Source: Thermoanaerobaculia bacterium (GTDB taxonomy: Bacteria > Acidobacteriota > Thermoanaerobaculia > UBA5066 > Gp7-AA6). From it: DNA of 64,000 nucleotides. Location of the stretch: assembly GCA_036395755.1 (NCBI GenBank), contig DASWCZ010000079.1, positions 6,363 to 70,362 of the forward strand, written 5' to 3'. This document shows positions 1 through 8,475 of this stretch, one piece after another; position 1 is the first letter of the stretch, and each line of letters begins with the position of its first letter. The notes under the pieces were generated by a model that ran no database searches, had not been told where the DNA came from, and saw only the letters and a list, made by a program, of their open reading frames with translations. The position numbers were made by a program, and so were the translations under genes.

Positions 1-28
1 CTATCCCTCCGGAGACTTCATCGCCGCC

Positions 29-2002
29 ATGTCCACCCTGAAGAACGACGCCGACGTCGTCGTTCTGTCGACGGCCGACCGAAAGCTCTACCGCAACCTG
101 ACGAAGGGCTACACGACCCGCTACGAGTACATCGTCAGCCAGTGGTTGACGACCGGGCCCCTCGGCGGCGCAGACCTCGCGGTCTCGCCCGACGGCAACA
201 CGGTGGCCGTATTCGCGCGGCGCGAGCGCGGCCGCGAGTTGCTTCTCTTGAACGCGCTGGATGGCGGGATCCGGGAGCGCATCGAGATGCCCGGGCTCGA
301 CCAACAGCTGAACCCTGCCTTCTCTCCGGACAACAACACGGTCGTGTTCCGGGCGCTGAAGGGGGGACGCGCGGACATCTGGGCGTACTCGTTCTCCGCG
401 AAGACGCTCACGAACCTGACCGACGACGCGGCGTTCGATTTCGCGCCGGCGGTCTCCCCGGACGGGAAGTGGATCTATTACTCCTCCGTGCGCGGCACAA
501 AGGCGAAGATCTTTCGTTTCGATCCCTCCGCGCCCGGTTCGAGACAGCAGATCACCTACGGCGACTGGAACGACGAGGACGTCTCGGTGACTCCGGACAG
601 CAAGAGAATCTTCTTCACGTCCGACCGGGACGGCGGCATCTACAACATCTACTCGATCAACCTGGAAAACGGAGAGACGAACCTCCACACCAACGTGGTC
701 GCCGGCGCGTTCTCTCCTACGGTCTTCATCGGGAAGGACAACACGGAGAAGCTGGTCTTCTCCGCGTACTACAAGCGGCGGTTCACGCTCTACATCGCGG
801 ACTCGAAGAAGTCGGTCCGCCGGCTGCCGGAGCTCGCGCCGGCGGTCTCCCCCGCCGGTCCCGAATCCGAAGTGCCCTTCCAGCCCGCGATCGAGGTCTC
901 GGTCGATCCGGAGAAGATCAAGTCACGGGCGAGCCGCAAGCTCCAGCTCGAGGACGCGCAGGTGGTCGCGGGCGTCAACACGGACCAGACCTTCGTGTCG
1001 AACACCGTCCTCGTTTTCGGCGACAACCTGGGCGATCGCCGGCTGATCGCGGAGTTCCAGTCCCTGTCTTCGTTCACCAACTTCAACTTCATCTACTTCA
1101 ACCTCACGCACCGGTTGCAGAAGGGGTTCTCCCTTTTCGACGACCGGACCTTTTTCCTCGGCTTCGACCAGTCGACCGGGAACTTCACGCGCAGCCGCCG
1201 AATCTACCGGCAGACCGGGGCGCTGGCGCTCGCGAGCTATCCGCTGAATCGCTACTACCGGATCGATGGACAGCTCGGTTTCATTTCGCGATCTTTCGAT
1301 TTTCCGTTCGTGATCACGAACAGCGACGGGTCGCAGCAGTTCCTGATCGAGAACCGGCAGGACAACTTTCCCACCGCCGGGATCTCGCTCGTCGGAGACA
1401 CCGTCCTCTACCAGGAGTGGGGGCCCCTGTCCGGCCGACGATTCGCGCTGTCCTATTCCTACTCCCCCGACCTGAAGAAAGACACGACCAGCGGGGTTCC
1501 GGGCCAGCACAATTCCGGCACGCTCTCCTCGGACGTCACCGTCGACATCCGGCAGTACTTCAAGATCACCGCCCGCTCGCTCGTCGCCGTCCGACTTTTC
1601 GGCGCGCACTCGACCGGCAATTTCCCCAACATCTACTACTTCGGCGGGCTCGATACCCTGCGCGGCCTCGACTTCCGCGAGCAGATCGGGAACACCATCG
1701 CCTATGCGAATTTCGAGTACCGCTTTCCCCTGATCGACGTGCTGGCGTTTCCGTTCGGCGCGTTCCGCGACATCCGGGGGCAGATTTTCTTGGACGTCGG
1801 CGGCGCAGCGCTGAAGGACCAGAAGTTCGTTTTCTGGGACTCGCAAGACAATCATCTGAAGGACGGCAGGGCCTCCTACGGGATGGGGTTCCAGTTTTCA
1901 CTTCTGGGCCTCGACCTCCACTGGGACTTCGCGAAGCTGTGGGACTTCAAGAAGACCCTCTCCGGGCTGAGGACGTCCTTCTACATCGGGGCGCAGTTCT
2001 AA
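29..2002 (+). CDS. PD40 (TolB-like WD40-like beta-propeller) repeats fused to a C-terminal Omp85/D15 surface-antigen-type beta-barrel; probably 5'-partial because the frame stays open to position 1 and there is no signal peptide after the first Met
   Basis: Repeated SPDG/SPDxxxxxF PD40 motifs. C-terminal GGLDTLRGLDFRE...YGMGFQFSL...SFYIGAQF with a terminal Phe typical of OM barrels. Confidence 0.65.
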   Translation: MSTLKNDADVVVLSTADRKLYRNLTKGYTTRYEYIVSQWLTTGPLGGADLAVSPDGNTVAVFARRERGRELLLLNALDGGIRERIEMPGLDQQLNPAFSPDNNTVVFRALKGGRADIWAYSFSAKTLTNLTDDAAFDFAPAVSPDGKWIYYSSVRGTKAKIFRFDPSAPGSRQQITYGDWNDEDVSVTPDSKRIFFTSDRDGGIYNIYSINLENGETNLHTNVVAGAFSPTVFIGKDNTEKLVFSAYYKRRFTLYIADSKKSVRRLPELAPAVSPAGPESEVPFQPAIEVSVDPEKIKSRASRKLQLEDAQVVAGVNTDQTFVSNTVLVFGDNLGDRRLIAEFQSLSSFTNFNFIYFNLTHRLQKGFSLFDDRTFFLGFDQSTGNFTRSRRIYRQTGALALASYPLNRYYRIDGQLGFISRSFDFPFVITNSDGSQQFLIENRQDNFPTAGISLVGDTVLYQEWGPLSGRRFALSYSYSPDLKKDTTSGVPGQHNSGTLSSDVTVDIRQYFKITARSLVAVRLFGAHSTGNFPNIYYFGGLDTLRGLDFREQIGNTIAYANFEYRFPLIDVLAFPFGAFRDIRGQIFLDVGGAALKDQKFVFWDSQDNHLKDGRASYGMGFQFSLLGLDLHWDFAKLWDFKKTLSGLRTSFYIGAQF

Positions 2003-2005
2003 ACG

Positions 2006-2067
2006 GGGACAGATTTATTTAATCGCAGCGCGAAGAGAGATTCGAACGGTTAAATAAATCTGTCCCC
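2006..2067. repeat. Perfect 18-bp inverted repeat GGGGACAGATTTATTTAA / TTAAATAAATCTGTCCCC with a 26-nt spacer, directly after the stop of the first gene. Shares the GGGGACAG head of the REP family.
   Basis: Read directly; AT-only 10-bp core in a ~70% GC context. Confidence 0.6.
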
Positions 2068-2137
2068 TTATGCGCTCCCTAACGACCCCGACAAGCTCGT
2101 CGGCTTCAGAGAAGGTCTTCACGGGCCGTCCCACTTC

Positions 2138-2950
2138 GTGGGACGACCAGGGCGTAGAATCCATCTCCGATTGCCCCCCCGCAGCTCGTTGGCGATCCGG
2201 GTGCTCGGCACCTACGGCGGCTCCGCGCCAGGCTACCGGATGACGACTTTCCTGATCGACGGCGAGACCGCCCTGGACGCGGGCGCTCTGACCGAGTCGC
2301 TCCCGCTCGCCGCGCAGCGACGCATCCGGCGGGTCGCGCTGACCCACGCGCACTTCGATCACTTCGCCTCGCTTCCCTTTCTCGTCGCGAACCTCGCCGG
2401 ACGCGAGTCCGCGCCGCTCGAGGTCGCCGCGCCGGCGTCGGTCCTCGCGTCGATCCGCCGGCACGTGTTCAACGACTCGACCTGGCCGGACTTCACGCAC
2501 CTTCCCTCGGCGTCGCATCCCGCGCTCAAGTTTCGAACGATCGCCGAAGGGCGCCCGTACCGCGCGGGCTCCGTGACCCTGACGCCTGTGTCCGTCAACC
2601 ATCTGATTCCCGGTTACGGGTACATCGTTTCGAAGCCCGGCCGCTCGGTCGTCTTTTCGGGTGACACCGGGCCGACGGAGCGGCTCTGGAAGGTCGTCTC
2701 TCGGGTACGAAACCTGAAGGCGATCTTCCTCGAGGTGTCCTTCTCCGACGATCAGGAGGACCTCGCGCGGGACTCGAAGCACATGACGCCGCGGCTGGTG
2801 GCCCGAGAGCTCGTGAAAATGCCGGCGAGAGTGCCCGTGTACCTGTACCACATGAAGCCGCCGTCGCTCGCGCGCATCCGAAGGGAAATCGCCGCGCTCC
2901 GCGAGCCCCGGCTGAAGCTGCTGGAGTCCGAGCGCAGCTTCCGCTTCTGA
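2138..2950 (+). CDS. Metallo-beta-lactamase-fold hydrolase resembling class II 3',5'-cyclic-nucleotide phosphodiesterase
   Basis: VLGTYGG...FLIDGETALDAG and THAHFDHFASLPFLV (HxHxDH zinc motif). Confidence 0.55.
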   Translation: MGRPGRRIHLRLPPRSSLAIRVLGTYGGSAPGYRMTTFLIDGETALDAGALTESLPLAAQRRIRRVALTHAHFDHFASLPFLVANLAGRESAPLEVAAPASVLASIRRHVFNDSTWPDFTHLPSASHPALKFRTIAEGRPYRAGSVTLTPVSVNHLIPGYGYIVSKPGRSVVFSGDTGPTERLWKVVSRVRNLKAIFLEVSFSDDQEDLARDSKHMTPRLVARELVKMPARVPVYLYHMKPPSLARIRREIAALREPRLKLLESERSFRF

Positions 2951-2954
2951 AAAT

Positions 2955-2993
2955 GCCGCGGGGACAGGTCCCGCGGACCTGCACCCCGCCACC
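2955..2993 (+). repeat. REP-like palindromic element, consensus GCGGGGACAGGYCCYGCGGRCCTGCACCCGCCRC
   Basis: gccgcggggacaggtcccgcggacctgcaccccgccacc between convergent genes; internal stems CAGGTCC/GGACCTG and GCGGGG/CCCCGC. Confidence 0.6.
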
Positions 2994-2994
2994 T

Positions 2995-4188
2995 TCAGAT
3001 CCGCCGCGACCAGGCGAGGAGATCCACCGCGAGCGTACCGGCCATCCGTCCCCGCGCGGAGTCGTTCTTCAGAAGATCTTCGCGGGGGCCCGCGAGGACC
3101 GCTTCCCGGACGAGCCACGTTTCGCCGTCGTGCACGTCAACGCGCAACGAAAACGATCCCACGCGGCCGTCGCCGTAACGCCGCTCGACTTCGAGGGTCC
3201 GTCGGTCGGGATCGGGCCTGACGTCTTCCTCGAAGCCCGCCTCCGCCATCCCCGGAGGCGAGAGCCGGAAGTGCCAGCCCTCCCCCGTCACGTCGGAGAC
3301 GCTCTCCATCAGCCGCCGGTACCCCTCCGGGCTCGCAACCGCCCGGAACGCTTCCTCCGGACCGGCGTCGACCGAGAGATACGCCGCGATGCGCGCGTCG
3401 GCGATCTCGGGGGCCGGGTCACCCGCGATCGAGAACGCGCGGCGCAAAACTCCCTCTTCGATGCCGAAGAGCTCCGCGAGCTTGCCAGGGCGGTCGTCGG
3501 AAATCGGGATTCGCGTCCGCGTGTGCCGGTCGTCCACCCGCACCTCGCCGCGCGAGAACGTCGCGACCCGCGCGGCGTGGCGTCGTTGGAGCGAGACGTT
3601 TCGAAGGAACTTCGAGTCCGGCCGGAACGTGCGCCGCCAGTGGTCGAAGAACTCTTCCTCCGAGACGGGATCGCGGAAGACTTCCAGGTGGCGCGGCCCG
3701 TCGGGAATGCCCGAGGAGAACCGGACGAGCGTCCCCCGCTCGCTTTCAGCGGCCGACAGACCGAGGACTTCCGTCTCGACCTCGCCCCCGCAGGCCGGCA
3801 CGAGCGCCGGCAGCGGAAACCCGACGTCGGCGATCCACTCCTTCGCCCCGATCGAGATGAGGAGCGCGGCGTGGTCGAAGTCCTTCTCGACCCGTCCGAG
3901 CGCCTTCCGCGTCGCGAAATCGAGCTCGCGGGCGAGCGCGTCGAACGCGGCGACGCGAGCGTAGCAGGTCCCGCCGGTTCCTCTTTCGAGGAAGTCGCGC
4001 CAGAAAACGTCGGGAGTTCGGGGCCCGGCCGCCGGATCCGCGACGTCCGCGTTCCGAAGGATCTTCGAGGCGGTCTCGAACGGCACGCGCGCGAGGAACC
4101 GGCGGAAGAGCGTTTCCAGGAACTCGGTGGACGGCGGTTGCCCGGAGAGCTCGAGCGCGTCGAGCACGTCCTCGAGCGGGAGACTCAC
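2995..4188 (-). CDS. Arylamine N-acetyltransferase (NAT)-family protein with a ~120 aa C-terminal extension
   Basis: RGTGGTCYARVAAF (catalytic Cys region) and HAALLISIGAKEWIADVGFP resemble NAT motifs. GTG start overlaps the upstream stop (GTGA). Confidence 0.45.
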   Translation of the reverse strand: MSLPLEDVLDALELSGQPPSTEFLETLFRRFLARVPFETASKILRNADVADPAAGPRTPDVFWRDFLERGTGGTCYARVAAFDALARELDFATRKALGRVEKDFDHAALLISIGAKEWIADVGFPLPALVPACGGEVETEVLGLSAAESERGTLVRFSSGIPDGPRHLEVFRDPVSEEEFFDHWRRTFRPDSKFLRNVSLQRRHAARVATFSRGEVRVDDRHTRTRIPISDDRPGKLAELFGIEEGVLRRAFSIAGDPAPEIADARIAAYLSVDAGPEEAFRAVASPEGYRRLMESVSDVTGEGWHFRLSPPGMAEAGFEEDVRPDPDRRTLEVERRYGDGRVGSFSLRVDVHDGETWLVREAVLAGPREDLLKNDSARGRMAGTLAVDLLAWSRRI

Positions 4189-4934
4189 GCCTTCGTCGTC
4201 AGACGGGCGACGAGCGCTTCGATCCGACGCCGGGCTTCATCCGAGAACCAGAAGTCGAGAAACGGATCGGCGGCTCCCGCCCGGTCGAAACGCGCAAGCG
4301 TCTCCGCCCTCGCGCGCCGCTTGACCTCGGCGTAGGCGACGCGCGAGCGTCCGGCGAGCTGGCGCGCGCGATCGAGGGCGGCATCGAGAAGATCGGCGGC
4401 GGGGACGATGCGGTCGAGGAGTCCCGCCTCGAGAGCCCGCGCGCCGGACACGTTGTCGCCGGCGGCCGCGAGGCGTTCGGCTCCGCGATTGCCCAGGAGA
4501 TGCACGAAGATTTCGTAGCACGCTCGGGGAATCGGCACGCCGAGCGCGACCTCCGACAGCCCGAGTTCCCCGTTGCCTTCGGCCGCGATCCGCTCGTCGG
4601 CCGCGGACGCCAGGATCAGGCCTCCCGCGATCGCGTGGCCGGGAAGCGCGGCCACGAGGGGAGCCTCGAAGGTGAAGAGGTCGCGCATGAGCGCGGTAAA
4701 GTCGCCGAGAAACGCCTCCATCTCCCGGCGATCGAAACCGCTCACGACGGGGAGGTCCCACCCGGCCGAGAACAGCGTCTGCGACGACGTCAGAACGAGC
4801 GCGGAGGCCTCCGCGTGCTGCGCGAGCACGGCGCGCAATTCGAGAACGAGCGCCGGGCCGATGGCGTTCGCGCGCGGACGGTCGAGTGTGACGAGCGCGA
4901 TGCCGCCGTCGCGCCTCTCGGCCCGGACCGATTC
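4185..4934 (-). CDS. Enoyl-CoA hydratase/isomerase (crotonase-fold) protein; start codon uncertain
   Basis: GGIALVTLDRPRANAI...FSAGWDL...ALPGHAIAGGLILASAADERIAAE...LGLSEVALGVP. No ATG/GTG/TTG between the pdxT stop and the conserved N-terminal strand. Confidence 0.55.
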   Translation of the reverse strand, partial: ESVRAERRDGGIALVTLDRPRANAIGPALVLELRAVLAQHAEASALVLTSSQTLFSAGWDLPVVSGFDRREMEAFLGDFTALMRDLFTFEAPLVAALPGHAIAGGLILASAADERIAAEGNGELGLSEVALGVPIPRACYEIFVHLLGNRGAERLAAAGDNVSGARALEAGLLDRIVPAADLLDAALDRARQLAGRSRVAYAEVKRRARAETLARFDRAGAADPFLDFWFSDEARRRIEALVARLTTKA

Positions 4935-4942
4935 CGACGCGC

Positions 4943-5530
4943 TCAGGCGGTCCTCTGCGCGAAGCGGCGCGGGTCGAACGCGAGCTCGTGCACGGTCGCA
5001 TCGGACGTCAGCTCCGGGTGGAAGGTCGCGGCGATGACGTTTCCAGAGGCGACGAGCACCGGCTCGGAGTCGCGTGTCGCGAGCACCTCGACGCCGGGGC
5101 CGACCCGGCGGATCCGGGGCGCGCGGATGAACACCGCCGGAAGGGCTCCGCCCAAACCCGGCGCGTCGACCTCGCCCACGAACGAGTCGACCTGGCGGCC
5201 GTAAGCGTTTCGCTCGACCGTGATGTCGAGCAACCCGAGCCCGTTCTGCGCCGGATGGGTGACCTCGCGCGCGAGAACGATCGCGCCGGCGCACGTCCCG
5301 AGGACCGAGCGGCCAGTCGCCGCGAAGCGACGGATGGCGTCCTCCCACGGCGCCGACTCGAAGAACTTCCAGAGGGTCGTCGACTCGCCGCCGGGAACGA
5401 CGAGCCCCGTTGCGGGTTCGAGGTCTTCCGGCCTCCGGGCCTCGAACGAGTCGAGCCCCATCTCCCTGAGCCGCCGGCCGTGGGCCGCGAAGTCGCCCTG
5501 GAGAGCCAGGACCGCGATTCCGACTTTCAC
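4943..5530 (-). CDS. pdxT: Pyridoxal 5'-phosphate synthase glutaminase subunit PdxT
   Basis: MKVGIAVLALQGDFAAH...GTCAG...ATFHPEL; GTG start; class I glutamine amidotransferase triad context. Confidence 0.85.
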   Translation of the reverse strand: MKVGIAVLALQGDFAAHGRRLREMGLDSFEARRPEDLEPATGLVVPGGESTTLWKFFESAPWEDAIRRFAATGRSVLGTCAGAIVLAREVTHPAQNGLGLLDITVERNAYGRQVDSFVGEVDAPGLGGALPAVFIRAPRIRRVGPGVEVLATRDSEPVLVASGNVIAATFHPELTSDATVHELAFDPRRFAQRTA

Positions 5531-5681
5531 CAGCCCCTCCCCTGCATGCGCGCTTCGAGTTCACCTGTCATTCCGAGGGCCGCAGGCCCGAGGAATCCGC
5601 TCCCTGTCGAAGGCGCGGCCGAGATTCCTCGCTTCGCTCGGAATGACGGAGTCACCAGCCTCTCCCCTGCATGCGCGCTTC
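5528..5681. mobile_element. MITE-like 96-nt extended-hairpin element (5557-5652; arms GTCATTCCGAG/CTCGGAATGAC, inner CGAGGAATC/GATTCCTCG) flanked by 29-bp direct repeats CACCAGCC(C/T)CTCCCCTGCATGCGCGCTTC (5528-5556 and 5653-5681)
   Basis: Read directly. The left repeat carries the pdxT GTG start and the right repeat the pdxS stop, i.e. a duplicated pdxS/pdxT junction. Confidence 0.55.
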
Positions 5682-6542
5682 CTCCGGAAGACTCGCCGCT
5701 TCGATGCCCTTCATCCCGGTGCCGAGCGACTCCTCGGCCTCCACGAGCGCGTGCGCGTCCTGCCAGTGCGTCGTCGCTTTCACGATCGCGCGCGCGCGAA
5801 GCGCGGGATCGTCCGACTTGAAGATCCCGGAGCCGACGAAGATCGCCTCGGCGCCGAGCATCATGCAGAGCGCGGCGTCGGCCGGCGTCGCGACGCCGCC
5901 CGCGGCGAAGTTCGGCACGGGCATCCGGCCGCTCTCGGCGACTTCCTCCACGAGCTCGAACGGCGCAGCGAGGCGCTTGGCCTCGCGCATCCGTTCGTCC
6001 TTGCTCATCAGCGTCAGGTTGCGGATGTCGCGGTGCACTTCCCGCAGGTGCTTGACGGCGTGAACGATGTCGCCGGTGCCCGCCTCCCCCTTCGTGCGGA
6101 TCATCGCGGCGCCCTCGCCGATCCGGCGCAGTGCCTCCCCCAGGTTGCGGCAGCCGCACACGAACGGCACCGTGAAGTCGTGCTTGTAGACGTGGTTTTC
6201 CTCGTCGGCCGGAGTCAGGACCTCCGACTCGTCGATGAAGTCCACCTTCAGCGCCTCGAGGATCCGGGCCTCGGCGGCATGGCCGATCCGGCATTTCGCC
6301 ATGACGGGTATCGACACCGCCTCCTGGATCTCGCGGATCTTGGAGACCGGCGACATCCTCGCGACTCCCCCATCGCGGCGGATGTCCGCCGGCACGCGCT
6401 CGAGCGCCATGACCGCCGCGGCCCCTGCGGCTTCCGCGATGCGCGCCTGTTCGGCGTTGACGACGTCCATGATGACGCCGCCCTTCAGCATCTCGGCGAG
6501 CCCCACCTTGACCCGATACGAATCGGAATCGCTTCGCCTCAT
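5652..6542 (-). CDS. pdxS: Pyridoxal 5'-phosphate synthase lyase subunit PdxS
   Basis: Full-length match to the PdxS/SNZ signature (GGVIMDV...AEAAGA...KCRIGH...[11 protein letters not shown]...GTG...[14 protein letters not shown]). Confidence 0.9.
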   Translation of the reverse strand: MRRSDSDSYRVKVGLAEMLKGGVIMDVVNAEQARIAEAAGAAAVMALERVPADIRRDGGVARMSPVSKIREIQEAVSIPVMAKCRIGHAAEARILEALKVDFIDESEVLTPADEENHVYKHDFTVPFVCGCRNLGEALRRIGEGAAMIRTKGEAGTGDIVHAVKHLREVHRDIRNLTLMSKDERMREAKRLAAPFELVEEVAESGRMPVPNFAAGGVATPADAALCMMLGAEAIFVGSGIFKSDDPALRARAIVKATTHWQDAHALVEAEESLGTGMKGIEAASLPEEARMQGRGW

Positions 6543-6562
6543 GACGATCTCCTCCTATCCTG

Positions 6563-6596
6563 CTGCGGGTGAGGCCCGCAGGGCCTGTCCCCGCGA
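6563..6596 (-). repeat. REP-like palindromic element (reverse orientation)
   Basis: gcgggtgaggcccgcagggcctgtccccgc is the reverse complement of GCGGGGACAGGCCCTGCGGGCCTCACCCGC. Confidence 0.6.
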
Positions 6597-6601
6597 CTTG
6601 C

Positions 6602-8095
6602 TCAGACCACCGGCGCCGTCTCGAGGACCGAGGCCCTCGCGCGCGTTTCTCGAACTGCTTCCGCAAGGAGAGCGACGCCCCGCTCGATCGATTCCCGCTC
6701 CACGCGGGAGACCGAGAGCCGCAGCGCTCCCCGATCTTCGCCCTCCGGGTCGAAGTCTGCGCCCGCCGACACCGCGACACCCCGCGACGCGGCGGCCTCC
6801 GCGACTCTTCGGCCCGACACTGCCGGCGGCAGGACCATCCAGAAGATCGCGCTGCCCGGCTCGCCGCCCCACCACGAGAGATCCGGCAGATGTCTCGCGA
6901 GCGCGCCCGACATCTCTTTCCGCCGCGTCTCGACCTCGCGCGCCCGCGCGCTGCGCGCCTCGCGATCCAGACCCGCGCGCAGGAACGACGCGATCGCCGC
7001 CTGCAGCGGGAGCGGCGTCTGGAAGTCGGCCGTGCGCTTGACGAGGGCGAGGCGCTCGACCACCGCGCGCGGCGCCGCGAGCCAGCCGATCCGAAAGCCG
7101 GGCACGAGGTCCTTGGAAAGGGTGCCGAGCCACACGACCCGTTCGGGGCTGCGCGCCGCGAGCGGCGCCATTCCGGACTCCGGCTCCTCGTAACCGTCCT
7201 CGATGACGAGCGCGCCGGCGTCGACCGCCGCTTCCAGAATCTCCCTCCGCTTCTCGTCGGTCGCGGTGACGCCGGTCGGGTTTTGCCGCTCCGGCATGAC
7301 GTAGACGAGCTTCACGCGGCGCCCGCGCAACGCGGCGACGTCGGGCCCCTCCGGCGTCATCGGCATCGGCACGATCTCGACGCCGGCAAAACGGGCGAGA
7401 GCGAGCGCGCCCGGATACGACGGCGACTCCATCGCGACCGGATCGCGCGGGTCGGTAAAGGTTCGGAAGACGAGGTCGAGTCCCTGCTGCGCTCCGCTCG
7501 TCACCAGGATCTCTTCCGGCGACCGCGTTACGCCGCTCTCTTCCAGGCGTCGCGAGATCTCGACCCTCAACTCCTCGAGGCCGAGCGGGGGAGCGTACTG
7601 CCACAGCTCCGGCCGTCGGCTCCACGCTTCGGTCAAGGTCTGAGTGAAACGCTCGAGAGGGAAAAATCGCTCGTCCGGAGTCAGACGCGAGAAATCGGCG
7701 ACCATCGGAGCGGAAACCGGCGGGGGAGCCGCGGCCGGGATCGCGGACGCGCGGCGCGACACGAGCTCGAGCGCATCGAAGCGCCGGGAACTTCGCGCGT
7801 CGGCGCGGACGAGGGTCCCGCTCCCGACGCGCGTCGAAGCGAGGCCCTCTTCCTGGAGACGCCGGTACGCGGCCTGGACGCTGCCGCGGTTGACTCCGAG
7901 CGCCGCGGCGACTTCGCGCGTCGTCGGGAGCCGCGTCGACGCCGGGAAGAGACCGGTCTCGATGCGAGCGGCCAGAGCGGCGAACAGCTGCTCGGAGAGC
8001 GACTCTCTCGAGGCGCGATCGAGCGTGATCGAGGCGATGTGATCCAATTGGTCCGTCACCACACCAATTGTATCGGCGCAGGGAAGGAATCTCAA
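6602..8095 (-). CDS. MocR-family regulator (GntR wHTH fused to a PLP aminotransferase-like domain); PdxR-like given its position upstream of pdxST
   Basis: N-terminal GntR HTH (TTREVAAALGVNRGSVQAAYRRLQEEGL) and C-terminal fold-type I domain with LSKDLVPGFRIGWLAAP. Confidence 0.75.
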   Translation of the reverse strand: MRFLPCADTIGVVTDQLDHIASITLDRASRESLSEQLFAALAARIETGLFPASTRLPTTREVAAALGVNRGSVQAAYRRLQEEGLASTRVGSGTLVRADARSSRRFDALELVSRRASAIPAAAPPPVSAPMVADFSRLTPDERFFPLERFTQTLTEAWSRRPELWQYAPPLGLEELRVEISRRLEESGVTRSPEEILVTSGAQQGLDLVFRTFTDPRDPVAMESPSYPGALALARFAGVEIVPMPMTPEGPDVAALRGRRVKLVYVMPERQNPTGVTATDEKRREILEAAVDAGALVIEDGYEEPESGMAPLAARSPERVVWLGTLSKDLVPGFRIGWLAAPRAVVERLALVKRTADFQTPLPLQAAIASFLRAGLDREARSARAREVETRRKEMSGALARHLPDLSWWGGEPGSAIFWMVLPPAVSGRRVAEAAASRGVAVSAGADFDPEGEDRGALRLSVSRVERESIERGVALLAEAVRETRARASVLETAPVV

Positions 8096-8156
8096 GCGGT
8101 TTCGACGTTAACTATTGATGGGGAAGGAGAAAAAGGCATTTCAGCGGGGTCTTGAA

Positions 8157-8182
8157 GGGATAACCCAGCATCGAGGGATAAC
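8157..8182. promoter_or_regulatory. Two GGGATAAC direct repeats (8157-8164, 8175-8182; 18 bp apart) in the AT-richer promoter region of the MocR gene; candidate operator
   Basis: Read directly. MocR-type regulators characteristically bind direct repeats. Confidence 0.3.
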
Positions 8183-8208
8183 TCTCTACGCCATCAGTAA
8201 TTTGCCTC

Positions 8209-8475
8209 TCAGGCGCCGTGCTTTCTCAGCTCGTCGTCGAGGTTGCGTGCGAAGAGGAACTCCTCGTCTCGGGGAGACACGTTCTTGCGCTTGCCCAACG
8301 CGGTGCGGACCTTCTGCTCCATCGCGTCGAGCTCTTTGAACGACTCCGTCAGCTCACGGACGATCGCCCGCCGCACGGTGTCGTCGTCTGCCTTCTGCAC
8401 CAGGTTCAGGTTGTCCTTCAGCTTCTTCGCGATGACGCGCGAGAGATACAGCACGCGGTCGGGCGAAGGATTCAT
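8209..8475 (-). CDS. Small conserved hypothetical protein (88 aa), translationally coupled to tal (ATGA overlap)
   Basis: ORF MNPSPDRVLYLSRVIAKKL...; start overlaps the tal stop. Confidence 0.45.
   Translation of the reverse strand: MNPSPDRVLYLSRVIAKKLKDNLNLVQKADDDTVRRAIVRELTESFKELDAMEQKVRTALGKRKNVSPRDEEFLFARNLDDELRKHGA

Noticed and set aside
142-2022. 626 aa plus-strand ORF overlapping the PD40/Omp85 gene in another frame; similar long alternate-frame or antisense ORFs at 923..1855, 2015..3118, 5220..6572, 5527..6780, 6555..7625, 6569..8155, 9610..11925, 9992..11674, 12856..14592, 16728..18158, 22514..24439, 30995..32518, 31399..33186, 34904..36004, 41599..42783, 45733..46767, 46833..48026, 50514..52217, 54009..56024, 56764..58344, 58526..60217, 61433..62737
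   Set aside because: They overlap well-conserved genes (gyrA, gyrB, dnaA, atpA/D, sdhA, kinases and others) on the other strand or frame. Their Arg/Pro/Gly/Ala-rich low-complexity translations are typical of stop-codon-poor alternate frames in ~70% GC DNA.
5527-5690. The pdxS-pdxT spacer read as coding (the track ORF 5527..6780 ends ...EARMQGRGW like pdxS)
   Set aside because: The shared C-terminal peptide is simply the duplicated 29-mer translated in the pdxS frame. The rest of that ORF is antisense or alternate-frame to pdxS.
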